Positions 1 to 9,421 of a stretch of DNA of 64,000 nucleotides are shown here, piece by piece. The notes under the pieces are model-generated. The model saw nothing but the letters and a program-made list of their open reading frames with translations, had not been told where the DNA came from and did no database searches. Source of the stretch: Planctomycetota bacterium (GTDB lineage: Bacteria; Planctomycetota; UBA8108; SXIK01); assembly GCA_965223265.1 (NCBI GenBank), contig OZ244999.1, forward strand, positions 5,888,001-5,952,000. The letters are read 5' to 3'. Each line of letters starts with the position of its first letter. Position 1 is the first letter of the stretch. A program made the position numbers and the translations under genes.

Positions 1-256
1 TCTTCGAGAAGTCGATACCGTTCTGACGGATCCTTTCTTCGCGGGAGACGCGGAGTTAGCAAAAGAGGGATCAGCTTCTCGGAGAAGTCGATACCTTTTT
101 CGTTCGTGGCGGCTTTGATCGACGAATGCACGATCTTCAGATTCGGTGGAGAGATCAACGGGGGAGATTGAGGATTCGGAGCTCGGGTCTCGGCAGCGGA
201 TCCGACTCACTCTGCGGGTCGAGGCCGAGAATCGACACTACTGCGTTCTGGGTCGG

Positions 257-940
257 CTATTTCTCGCGGAGCCGCATTGCCGACATCTGCGACCCGCTCA
301 GGGAGTAGTGGTACTCGATACCGGCCTTGTCGATCGACCGCAAGATTTCGAACGGCTCATCCAGTTGTTGGTCGAAGGACACGCGATCTCTGATCAGAAC
401 GGCGTCTTTGGTCGAAACGCCGAGCAGCTTCGCGTCCTCGCTACTGGGCCGATCGATCTTCAGAGACTCCTCGGCGCGCACCAATACTACTCCGTACTCC
501 CTTTCATACAGTCGCATCAATCCCGAGATGTCCTTCTCCAGAATCCCCGGGCACCGACGCGGAAGCAGATAAACCTGCTGAATCGCGAATGGCACTCCGT
601 TGCCTCGACGAAGGCGTCGAATGCTGATCACCTTTGATCTCCGCGGAATCCCAAACGTCTCTCCTACCGAAGGGGGAACTTCCCCGGCGGAAGCCAACTC
701 GCAACGCAGCACCTCGTTCTCCGGTCGTATCCCCTGCGACGACAGCTGCTCCTGAAATGACAGGATCTCACCCGCGTTCTTCCTGAACAGGGGCGCGCCG
801 CGCCGGACGAACGTCCCCTTCGCAGGAATTCGTTCGATCAATCGGTCCGCCTCCAAGTCGTCCAATGCCCTCCGGACGGTGCCGCGCGAAGCCGAGTGCT
901 GTTTCTGGAGGTCCTCCTCTGTGGGCAGTTGGTCGCCCAC
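257..940 (-). CDS. GntR/HutC-family regulator with UTRA domain (N-terminal helix apparently missing)
   Basis: GDQLPTEEDL..SRGTVRRAL..L...LIERIPAKGTFV winged HTH plus UTRA-like C-terminus. An in-frame TAG shortly upstream removes the usual first helix. Confidence 0.85.
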   Translation of the reverse strand: MGDQLPTEEDLQKQHSASRGTVRRALDDLEADRLIERIPAKGTFVRRGAPLFRKNAGEILSFQEQLSSQGIRPENEVLRCELASAGEVPPSVGETFGIPRRSKVISIRRLRRGNGVPFAIQQVYLLPRRCPGILEKDISGLMRLYEREYGVVLVRAEESLKIDRPSSEDAKLLGVSTKDAVLIRDRVSFDQQLDEPFEILRSIDKAGIEYHYSLSGSQMSAMRLREK

Positions 941-1177
941 CTGGAGTCGCCTGTTGTCTGTGCCGTCGCGACGCTATTCTGTCGTTCGGAGGGTAAGTCG
1001 TGGTTGCGTCTCATGCTGAGCTCCCTCGATGAGATCATGCAACGCATGGCAGCGGGGAACACAAAGCCCCCCATGGGACAAGGGACGAGTTACGGATGAC
1101 GACGCACGCGAGTCCACTGCCACACTAGCGCGTGCATCGTGGCCTTGAAGCGGAAGCGTCCGGTTCGACAGTCTCTA

Positions 1178-1325
1178 TCAGCGACCCGCAGCGTTCCGCC
1201 GATCGCGGCACCGATACTGAATCGCCTCCGCAACGAGGATGGCAGAGACGTGTTCCTCGCCCGCCAGGTCGGCGATGGTGCGGGTGACCTTGAGGGCTCG
1301 GTGTACGCATACGCGCTGGGAGCGC
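1178..1325 (-). pseudogene. comM: 3' remnant of ComM/YifB Mg-chelatase-like ATPase
   Basis: (SAYAY)/HRALKVTRTIADLAGEEHVSAILVAEAIQYR matches the ComM C-terminal motif SARAYHRILKVARTIADL...EAIQYR. There is a 1-nt frameshift near 1305 and the rest of the gene is absent. Confidence 0.8.
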
Positions 1326-1953
1326 GCGGGCGAAGCCGGAGCGCTTGGTTGATGCCGCCGCGCTCTGGAGAAGCCCTCGCTCCAGTGCGCCGTCGCAGGG
1401 TATTCAGTCTGGATGGAAGGGTCTGTTCCCGCAGGGACGAGAGACAAGACGGACACTGGCTTAAGCCAGCAGAGAAGCCCGGAGTTTTTCCGCTCTCCCG
1501 AAAACACAACAGTTGTCTTACCCCGCGAAGATTGCGCGGTTACAAGTTCGGGACAGGTCTGACGTCCGTTCTTCGAGAAGACGCTGCCGCTCTATTCCTA
1601 TCTCTCCCACAGCGTTAGAGATTCGGATATTCTCTCTCCGCTCTCTCGATCACTTCGCTCGTCTATCCCCACGAACGACCTCGAGATAATCGAAGAAATC
1701 CAGGTGACATTCCTCACTAGGTGAGGATGGATCACTTCGAGGGAGACAAGTTTTTCAGATCAACGAGCTTGGAGATTCTGATTTGCAATCTCGTCCTGAC
1801 AGGTTGGGAGGGAAGGTCGATCGGGGCCAGGTGAATCTCGCCGGACTGGAGACGTCGTCCACTTTCGGTATAAACGACGTCTTTGGTAATCCCCGGCGGC
1901 GCTCCATCTGAAACCCATGTTTCACGGAGGCAGTTCGGATCCAGGAGCGCGCC

Positions 1954-2562
1954 CTATGTCAGGAGCCGCCGGATCCGCCGCCTTAGGTAAGGCAGAACCT
2001 CGCTTTCAAACCAAGGGTTGTTCTTGAGCCAAATGTTGTTCCGAGGGCTAGGGTGAGGCAGTGGGATGCGGGCGGGTCTGTACTCCTTCCACGAACGCAC
2101 CGTTTCCGTAAGCGTCTGTTCTCGTCGCCCGAGATGCCAATCAGTGGCGTACTGCCCAATAACGAGCGTTACCTTCACTGAGGGCAAGCGCTCGAGTACA
2201 GACTCTCTCCATGCCTCAGCGCACTCCGGCCGTGGGGCCAGGTCTCCGGATTTCCCAGTGCCGGGGTAGCAGAACCCCATCGGCAGGATCGCGATTTTCC
2301 TGGCGTCATAGAACGTGGCCTTCGATACCCCCATCCACTCACGCAAGCGATCGCCGCTCGGATCAGCGAAGGGCACCCCGGATTCATGCACCCGGCGACC
2401 TGGGGCTTGACCGGCAATCAGTACCGGAGCTTCGGAATGCACCTGGAAGATGGGGCGTACTCCATCCTCCAGGTGCTCTTCGCAGAGGCGGCATGCACGA
2501 ATGTCGCGCAGAAGTTGCGTCAGGCGCTGGTTCGCAGCTCGTGATGGCTTGCTGTGTTTCAC
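1954..2562 (-). CDS. Uracil-DNA glycosylase superfamily protein
   Basis: CRLC N-terminus, GQAPG motif A, PF.DPSG.RL, LPHPSPRN motif B. Confidence 0.9.
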   Translation of the reverse strand: MKHSKPSRAANQRLTQLLRDIRACRLCEEHLEDGVRPIFQVHSEAPVLIAGQAPGRRVHESGVPFADPSGDRLREWMGVSKATFYDARKIAILPMGFCYPGTGKSGDLAPRPECAEAWRESVLERLPSVKVTLVIGQYATDWHLGRREQTLTETVRSWKEYRPARIPLPHPSPRNNIWLKNNPWFESEVLPYLRRRIRRLLT

Positions 2563-2597
2563 TTGCGACGCGTCCCGTGGCTAGCGTCCGCGACGGA

Positions 2598-2948
2598 CTA
2601 CGCCTGGTAGAACTTTTCGGAAACTACCCGCCCGTCATTCCAGCGTCGAACGAGGACCTCTTTCCAGACAATTGGCTCGCCGCCTGCGCCGGTCATGTCG
2701 AAGGTGAACTCGCTCATTGTGAGGTCATCACCCACGCTGTTGCCGTGGAGCGTGGCGCCGTTGAAACTCTTGAGAGACGCGAAGAAGCCACTGAGGTGAT
2801 TGTGCTGAGCCTGCCGACTCTCGCGACGAGAGCCATCGGGTTCCTCGAACACACACTGATCTGCATAAAATTTCTCGAGGGCCGCAAGGTTTTCGCCTTT
2901 GGCAGTCAACTCATCCAACGCAACAACTCTTTGCTCGAGATCACTCAT
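2598..2948 (-). CDS. SnoaL/NTF2-like protein
   Basis: 116 aa; ALEKFYAD...EP pattern and C-terminal RRWNDGRVVSEKFY. Confidence 0.8.
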   Translation of the reverse strand: MSDLEQRVVALDELTAKGENLAALEKFYADQCVFEEPDGSRRESRQAQHNHLSGFFASLKSFNGATLHGNSVGDDLTMSEFTFDMTGAGGEPIVWKEVLVRRWNDGRVVSEKFYQA

Positions 2949-3041
2949 GTGGGGTTCCTCTCGTATAGGTTGGGTGTTACTAAAACATCCGCTGCTTCGT
3001 TCCGGATTGACGGAGCCGGGGATCGCGAGCGCAATTCTCGC

Positions 3042-3416
3042 TCAAGGGACTTCTACGATCTCTGGCTTTAGGCTCTCGGTAAAGCGCAGCACCTCGCCTT
3101 TCTCCCGTTCTGGGACTTCGAAGGTCTCCAGAGCTGCGGTTAGGTGGTCGACCGCGCGCCTCCAGTCTTCTTCGGCGATGCGCATCCCAATATGCGCGGT
3201 CTTCATGTCACGGCCCGTGTAAACCATCGGTCCGCCCGACGATGCGCACAGAAAGTCGACCAACAATTGCTGCTCGCGCGCGATCCCGTCCGCGCCCCGG
3301 TGATCGTAGGAACGGCGCAGTTTGTCGTCATCTTTGATCCGCACCATCAACGCGTCTGTGACGGCAGCAATGGCGTCATACCCGCCCAGGCGTTCGTAAA
3401 GAGACGTGTTCGACAT
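3042..3416 (-). CDS. Group I truncated (2/2) hemoglobin, cytoplasmic
   Basis: SLYERLGG, GGPMVYTGRDMKTAH (proximal His); GGAGG RBS before ATG 3416. Confidence 0.9.
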   Translation of the reverse strand: MSNTSLYERLGGYDAIAAVTDALMVRIKDDDKLRRSYDHRGADGIAREQQLLVDFLCASSGGPMVYTGRDMKTAHIGMRIAEEDWRRAVDHLTAALETFEVPEREKGEVLRFTESLKPEIVEVP

Positions 3417-3483
3417 GCTGGTATCCTCCCTAAGACGGCTGGTCCGGCCAGATCGAGATGATCGCACCATGGCTCATCCCGAA

Positions 3484-5130
3484 TCACTTGAGTGGGTAAT
3501 CGGTCAACACGTAGTCGTGGCCGACGGAATGGCATCCAAAGCAGCGCGCCACGCCGTTACTGCTAGCACGTGGTGCGCTGGAATCAGTGGTGCTAGTCAC
3601 TTCGTACCAAAACCAGCCCTTGCCACCGTCGCTTTCGTCCTGCGTCTTCAGCATGACGGCCCAGCCTTCGAGCTTGCCGCTAGCATCGAACATCTCCTTC
3701 ACAGCTCCTGCACCCTTGGGGAGCGCTTTCCTGCCAGCCTTGAGCGCGTCGTTCATCCTTGCGTTCATGAAAACCTTCACCGGGCGCCCGAACTTGGAGT
3801 GCGGACCGCTCGAAGGGTGCATTTTCGATTCACTGGCCGGGAAGTTCTTGTACTTCCCATCGACAAGGAATTGGAACAGCGGCTCTTTCCCGGTCGGAAC
3901 GCCTCCGACTGAGCCAACCGGCGTTTCTGAACTGGGTTGTCTCGCCATCTCGCCAGCCATCCTGAGCCGGCGCATGGCTTCTTTACACTCCTTGCATGTA
4001 TTCCTGTCGTGCGACTTAGCTCCTGGTTTGGCTGCTCTCAGGACAGGGTAGTACTGAGTGAATACAAAGTCCTCCGCCGCAGCCTTCTCGTGACACTGGT
4101 TGCAGGCGAGGCGCGACTGCACTTTCGTTGTATTCGCCAGGGGATACTCATGGCCGAAACTAAAGTAGGCCCAATTGCCGGGCTGGTCGGGGAAGTGCTC
4201 CTTGCTCTTGATGGTGACCTCCAGGCCGATGAAGTCCCCCATGAAGTAGCCCGCGCCGCTAACGGCCTGCTTGCTGCCGACGCTGATCAGTTCTTTGATC
4301 AGAGTCGTCCCTTCGCGAAACTCACCTGTCTTCGTATAGTGTGCCCACGAACCACGGTCTATATAGACAGCGTGAAACTCCGGGAACGGTGCTGCCCCGG
4401 CGTTCATATCGTGTGGGGTGAGGGGCGTCCCGACGTAGACCCATTCGCGATAGCCCTCAGGGCGAACAAGCTGCTTGTTCCCGTCGAACTTCGGCCCTTT
4501 CCATTCGGTAGAGGCCGCCTTCGAGCCCTTTGCGGCTCGTAGAACGGGGTAGTACTGTGTGAATACGAAGTCGTCAGACGCCGAGCCCGCATGGCACGCG
4601 TTGCATGCTTGCGACGGGAATCGCTTGGCCGTGTCGGCCAGCGGATACTCATGGCCGAAGCTGAAGTAGGCCCAATTGCCGGGCTCGTCGGGGAAGCGCT
4701 CCTTGCTCTTGACGGCAGCCTCGAGCCCGATGAAATCGCCCATGAAGTAACCTGCTCCGCTAGTGGCCGCCTTACTGCCGACGCTGGTCAGCTCCTTCAC
4801 GAGGACTGTACCCTCGCGAAACTCACCCGTGTTCTTGTAGTGCTCCCAGGACCCCGGGTCGATGTAGACGCTGTGGAACTCCGGGAACGGAGCGTTACCG
4901 TCGTTCATATCGTTGGGAGTGTGCGGCGTGCCCACGTACACCCAGGAACGATAGTCCCTCGGACGGAAGAGTTCCCCTGCCGTGGTAAACTTTCCCGGGA
5001 AACCTACACCCTGGGCGAGAGCCGCCGTGTTTTGTCTGTGATCGACGGTCAGAGCGGCGACGACCAGGGCCACGGCGGCACAGGTCGACAGCACCCACAG
5101 CGATAGACGAATTGTTCTTCGATGGAACAT
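3484..5130 (-). CDS. Exported multi-domain cytochrome P460-family protein (3 CxxCH)
   Basis: Signal/TM N-terminus. Two repeats of YR.WVYVGTP.TP.DMN.G.APFPEFH.VYID...GEFREGT...KEL.SVG...GYFMGDFIGLE...CNxCH...DFVFTQYYPVLR. A third P460-like domain has AVKEM, GWFWYE and CFGCH. AGGAG RBS. Confidence 0.9.
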   Translation of the reverse strand: MFHRRTIRLSLWVLSTCAAVALVVAALTVDHRQNTAALAQGVGFPGKFTTAGELFRPRDYRSWVYVGTPHTPNDMNDGNAPFPEFHSVYIDPGSWEHYKNTGEFREGTVLVKELTSVGSKAATSGAGYFMGDFIGLEAAVKSKERFPDEPGNWAYFSFGHEYPLADTAKRFPSQACNACHAGSASDDFVFTQYYPVLRAAKGSKAASTEWKGPKFDGNKQLVRPEGYREWVYVGTPLTPHDMNAGAAPFPEFHAVYIDRGSWAHYTKTGEFREGTTLIKELISVGSKQAVSGAGYFMGDFIGLEVTIKSKEHFPDQPGNWAYFSFGHEYPLANTTKVQSRLACNQCHEKAAAEDFVFTQYYPVLRAAKPGAKSHDRNTCKECKEAMRRLRMAGEMARQPSSETPVGSVGGVPTGKEPLFQFLVDGKYKNFPASESKMHPSSGPHSKFGRPVKVFMNARMNDALKAGRKALPKGAGAVKEMFDASGKLEGWAVMLKTQDESDGGKGWFWYEVTSTTDSSAPRASSNGVARCFGCHSVGHDYVLTDYPLK

Positions 5131-5281
5131 CGCGACGTTCTCCTGGAAGCGGTTCCTTGTCCCGACTGTTGTCCCGGGAGTCGGTAGTTGCGCTGCTCTT
5201 CTTGGGCCCAGAACTGACGAAGCGCTCAGCACCTGCCAACTGCGGATTCAGCCGAGATACGTGCAAAAACTGCCGCGCGAG

Positions 5282-5803
5282 CTACGTACGCTCAACTATG
5301 TCTGGCTTGAGCGTGCCGATGATCGAGAGCAGTTCTCGCTTTTCTTTGGCGGGCACTTCGAACCTGTCCAGAGTATCCACCAGGTGGTTCACAACGACGT
5401 TGAAGTCTGCTTCCGTGATTCCCAGCCCTCCGTGAACGGTTTTGGCAGGTCTGCTGAGGATCTTGCACGGCCCGCCCGTGACGTTGCAGACCAGATTGAT
5501 GTTTTTCTGGATGAACGACTGACGGGTGTCCGTACCCATCCCCTTGAAGAAGGGTCCGACCTGGGGATCGATGAAGAGCTTCGCGGCGAAGTCGTTCACA
5601 ACCGCCGAGACGGCGTCGTAGCCGCCGAGTCGCTCATAGAGCGTGCGGCCGGTCGCGGACGCGCTTGGCTTGGCCGCAGGTGGTACATCCTGGACCGCGG
5701 ATTTGGCGAGGCGCGAGTGGCTCGAGCAGCCTAGCGCCGCCAGAACGACGGCTATGGCTCCGAGGGGCAGCACGAGGCAGCGAGAACGAGTGATCCGGGA
5801 CAT
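5282..5803 (-). CDS. Group I truncated hemoglobin with lipoprotein signal peptide
   Basis: Lipobox-like VLAALG-C, then TLYERLGG...TGGPC...KTVH (proximal His). Confidence 0.85.
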   Translation of the reverse strand: MSRITRSRCLVLPLGAIAVVLAALGCSSHSRLAKSAVQDVPPAAKPSASATGRTLYERLGGYDAVSAVVNDFAAKLFIDPQVGPFFKGMGTDTRQSFIQKNINLVCNVTGGPCKILSRPAKTVHGGLGITEADFNVVVNHLVDTLDRFEVPAKEKRELLSIIGTLKPDIVERT

Positions 5804-5942
5804 GGAATTGGTTTCCTTTCTGAGGTTTGACGTCGCGAGCTGGGGTTGATCCAGATGCCGAGCGGATTGCCTTCACTACCTATAGCTGCGAGAATGGTGG
5901 TCGGATTTGGACAACCACTTGCAGGGTTTCTTGCGGATTTCT

Positions 5943-6551
5943 ATGCGGGATCGTCAATCGAACCAGGTGACAGTTCTTTTGGAAGCGATTCGCCGTGGCG
6001 AGTCGCCGGCAGCAGCTGAACTCCTGCCACTCGTCTACGACGAGTTGCGTAGACTTGCAGAGCGTGAAATGGCGAAGGAGCGCCGAGGGCACACGCTTCA
6101 GCCGACGGCTCTCGTCCATGAGGCCTATTTGCGCCTCGTAGGCGGCGCGGAAGTGCGCTGGGAGGGACGCGTGCACTTTTTTCGTGCTGCGGCTCAAGCG
6201 ATGCGACGGATTCTGGTCGATTCTGCTCGCCGACGGGCGACCCTGAAACACGGGGGCGCGGCCCGGGTACCGCTGTCGGAAGCCAGTGCCGTTGCCGATG
6301 AACCGCGCCCAGCCGAGCTGCTAGCACTCGACGAGTCCCTCGACCGACTGGAACAGCGAGACCCGAGGAAGGCGGATGTTGTGAAGCTGCGCTACTTTGC
6401 AGGGCTGTCCATAGAAGACACGGGGGCAGCCCTGGGCGTGACTCCCCGGACCGTCACCCGTGATTGGACCGCGGCCAAAGCATGGCTATTTCGTGATATC
6501 ACAGGAGATCACGAGCAGGCACACAAAGGGTCCCCGACTAGTGGACGCTGA
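5943..6551 (+). CDS. ECF sigma factor (planctomycete kinase-associated type)
   Basis: LLPLVYDELRRLA..HTLQPTALVHEAYLRL; region 4 with RDW..AKAWL. Confidence 0.93.
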   Translation: MRDRQSNQVTVLLEAIRRGESPAAAELLPLVYDELRRLAEREMAKERRGHTLQPTALVHEAYLRLVGGAEVRWEGRVHFFRAAAQAMRRILVDSARRRATLKHGGAARVPLSEASAVADEPRPAELLALDESLDRLEQRDPRKADVVKLRYFAGLSIEDTGAALGVTPRTVTRDWTAAKAWLFRDITGDHEQAHKGSPTSGR

Positions 6552-9180
6552 TCGCTGGGAACGTGTCTGGTCCGTCTTCCACGCTGCACTGGAACGAGTC
6601 GAGCGGGATCGAGCCGGATTCGTCGAAGAAGAGTGCGGCACTGACAAGAGTCTGCGCATCGAAGTTTTCGCGCTGCTACGCTCGCATGAGAGCGCAAAAA
6701 CGTTCCTCGAAGACCCACTGAATCCACGCCCGGCTTCACCGCAGGCGATGATTGGTCAGCTCGTTGATCGGTACCGACTACGCTCGGTGATCGGTTCCGG
6801 GGGGATGGGCACAGTCTTCCTCGCCGATCAGGAGGAGCCGATCAAACGCGCCGTAGCATTAAAGGTCGTAAAGCTCGGAATGGATACAGCGGAGGTCGTC
6901 GCGCGATTCGAATTGGAGCGTCAGAAGCTGGCAGAGCTTAACCATCCTAACGTCGCTCTAGTGTTCGACGCTGGTGCAACAGAGAACGGTCGACCGTACT
7001 TTGTGATGGAGTACATTCCGGGGATTCCAATCACGGATTATTGCGACGCGAACAGCTTGGGGATCGGCGATAGGATAGAGCTCTTCCTCCCCGTCTGCGA
7101 GGCCCTTGAGCACGCACACCGACGGGGGACTCTTCATCGTGACATCAAGCCGTCGAACGTTCTTGTTGAGGTCGTCGATACTCGAGCGGTCCCGAAAGTA
7201 ATTGATTTTGGCCTCGCGAAAGTCGTCGACGGTCGGACGCGCGTTGCAGCTCCTGATACCGGCTACGGGAGGATGATCGGAACGCCTGAGTTCATGAGTC
7301 CGGAACAGGCATTGGGGGTCTCCAACATAGACGGAAGGACTGACGTCTACTCTCTCGGCATGCTTCTCTACGTGCTACTCGTTGGTAGCCACCCCCTTGT
7401 CAAAGAGCTGCAGAAGGAGTTCCCGGAGGATCTGCGTCGCAAGATTCGGGATTTCGACACTCCACGGCCGAGTGCTCACCTCAAGCAACTTTGTGAGGAC
7501 AGTATCGGAATTGCTGAACGTCGAGCGACGAACGTTCAGTCGCTCGACCAGCAGATCCGTGGTGACCTTGATAACATCGTCATGAAGGCGACGGCCAAGG
7601 AAAGGAACCATCGGTACGGATCGGCATCGGAATTCGCAGCGGACCTGAAACGGTACGCGAACTCAGAACCAGTTCTCGCGGTCCGCAGAGAAAAACGACC
7701 GGCGAGGCTGGCGGTCATCGTGGCTGTCGCTGTACTTGCCGTCCTCGTTGGTGGAGTTGCTGTTGCCATCTTCAAGTCGTGGTCGAGCGAAAGAGTTGCT
7801 CTGGCGGTACTTCCCTTCGCCACCGTCGGAGGAGATTCACGGCAAGATTACTTCAGTGACGGACTCACCACAGAGATCATCTATCGCCTGGGGAGAGTCG
7901 CCCCCGAAGATCTTGTGGTCATCGGTCATACAACGATGCTGCGGTACAAAAACAGCGAGAAATCGACCGACGAAATAAGCAAGGAGTTGAAAGTCGACTA
8001 TCTACTTGAAGGTAGCGTGAAATATGAAGGTGACCGTCTCTGGATCAATGCTCAACTCATCCGAACAAGCGATCAGACTCACTTGTGGGCCGAGAGTTTC
8101 GAGACAACGACCGCTGATGTCATTACGACGCAGCTCAAGCTTGCCCTCAATGTCGCACGGAACCTCGCTGTCGAGGTGCTACCGAAACGAAGTCGGATTG
8201 ATAAGTCTGCCGTCGTCGATCCACTGGCATACAAGGCGCATCTCAATGCGCGCCACTTTCGATCCATGGTCTCCGAGAACGGGCTTCGGAAGGCCATCGA
8301 ACACTTTCAGATCGCACTCGATCATGATTCGAGTTTCGCAGACGCATACGCCGGAATGGCTGCCTGCTACTGCCTGCTTTCGGGTCACGGCCTCGAGGTC
8401 GATCAGCCAAGCGCCTTAATGCCGAAGGTGAAAGACATGGCAGAAGCTGCTCTTGCCTTGGACGATGAACTTTCGGAGGCGCATGGAGCGCTTGGCATGT
8501 CCAAGCTAAAGTACGAATGGGACTGGGAAGGGGCGCGAACGCGGTTCCAAAGGGCAATCGAGTTGGATCCGAACAACCCCTTGTCTCGCATCTGGTATTC
8601 CTTCTACCTGTCCTCCCACGGGCGGCATGACGAAGCCATCGCCCAAGTCGAAACGGCCAGAGAGCTTGATCCGTTTTCAAAGGTCTCCAACGTCAACCTC
8701 GCCTGGCAGTACTACATGGCACGGCGGTACGAGAAAGCGCTCGAAGAGTTCAATCATAGCCTGGAGCTGTTTCCGGAGTTCTGGGTCGCCCTCTGGGGGC
8801 GTGGCCTCGTATATGCCCAACGCGGTCTCAGCAAGGAGGCTGTTGCCGACCTCAAGGGTGCGGTTGAGCGATCCCGAAACGACCAATCAGCTCTCGGCGG
8901 GTTGGGCTTGGTTTTCGCTAAATTCGGAGAGCGAGAAGAGGCTGAAAGAGTTGTCGAGTCGCTGACAGAACTGTCGCAGAACACGCATGTTCCACCGACG
9001 AGCGTTGCTGCGATCTATGGCGCTCTCGGCGATATCGATGAGGCGTTCCAATGGCTCGAGAAGGCTTACAGGATTCGCTCCAGGTCGATGGTCTGGCTCA
9101 GAGTCGGCCACGAGTTCGACCCCTTTCGTGGTGACCCTCGGTATCAAGACTTATTGCGGCGCATGAGACTGAATGACTAG
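6541..9180 (+). CDS. Ser/Thr protein kinase with TM helix, TolB-like domain and TPR repeats
   Basis: GSGGMG, VALK, HRDIKPSN, DFG, GTPEFMSPEQ; AVLPF..DYFSDGLT; TPRs. Overlaps the sigma-factor stop. Confidence 0.93.
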   Translation: MDADRWERVWSVFHAALERVERDRAGFVEEECGTDKSLRIEVFALLRSHESAKTFLEDPLNPRPASPQAMIGQLVDRYRLRSVIGSGGMGTVFLADQEEPIKRAVALKVVKLGMDTAEVVARFELERQKLAELNHPNVALVFDAGATENGRPYFVMEYIPGIPITDYCDANSLGIGDRIELFLPVCEALEHAHRRGTLHRDIKPSNVLVEVVDTRAVPKVIDFGLAKVVDGRTRVAAPDTGYGRMIGTPEFMSPEQALGVSNIDGRTDVYSLGMLLYVLLVGSHPLVKELQKEFPEDLRRKIRDFDTPRPSAHLKQLCEDSIGIAERRATNVQSLDQQIRGDLDNIVMKATAKERNHRYGSASEFAADLKRYANSEPVLAVRREKRPARLAVIVAVAVLAVLVGGVAVAIFKSWSSERVALAVLPFATVGGDSRQDYFSDGLTTEIIYRLGRVAPEDLVVIGHTTMLRYKNSEKSTDEISKELKVDYLLEGSVKYEGDRLWINAQLIRTSDQTHLWAESFETTTADVITTQLKLALNVARNLAVEVLPKRSRIDKSAVVDPLAYKAHLNARHFRSMVSENGLRKAIEHFQIALDHDSSFADAYAGMAACYCLLSGHGLEVDQPSALMPKVKDMAEAALALDDELSEAHGALGMSKLKYEWDWEGARTRFQRAIELDPNNPLSRIWYSFYLSSHGRHDEAIAQVETARELDPFSKVSNVNLAWQYYMARRYEKALEEFNHSLELFPEFWVALWGRGLVYAQRGLSKEAVADLKGAVERSRNDQSALGGLGLVFAKFGEREEAERVVESLTELSQNTHVPPTSVAAIYGALGDIDEAFQWLEKAYRIRSRSMVWLRVGHEFDPFRGDPRYQDLLRRMRLND

Positions 9181-9189
9181 TTGGCGCAA

Positions 9190-9367
9190 ACTCATGCCGC
9201 CGACCCACCTCCACGGCGATCAGATCGTTCTCGGCCGCAAGGGGACATCGGCGCAGGTTGTCGGAGAGCGTTCGAAGAGCTTCTTCAAAACGATCGAGCC
9301 AGTGCGATGCCGTCATCGGCGCAGTCGCGGCAGCACGAAGGTAATCGCTACGCAGATTCGTTCTCAC
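9190..9367 (-). pseudogene. ParE/RelE-like toxin fragment
   Basis: DYL...APMTASHWLDRFEEALRTL...RCPLAAEND, truncated at both ends. Confidence 0.6.
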
Positions 9368-9389
9368 GTTCGCCGTAACGACGACGCGC

Positions 9390-9421
9390 TCGGCCGAATG
9401 ACGTTTTCAACGGGCTGCTAG
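9390..9421. mobile_element. Isolated right end of the MITE family seen at 43075-43234
   Basis: TCGGCCGAATGACGTTTTCAACGGGCTG is 27/28 identical to 43207-43234 and is followed by CTAG. Confidence 0.75.

Noticed and set aside
3484-5130. Evidence that the organism is an ammonia oxidiser or anammox bacterium
   Set aside because: P460 genes occur widely in non-nitrifiers, and no amo, hao or hzs genes are in this window.
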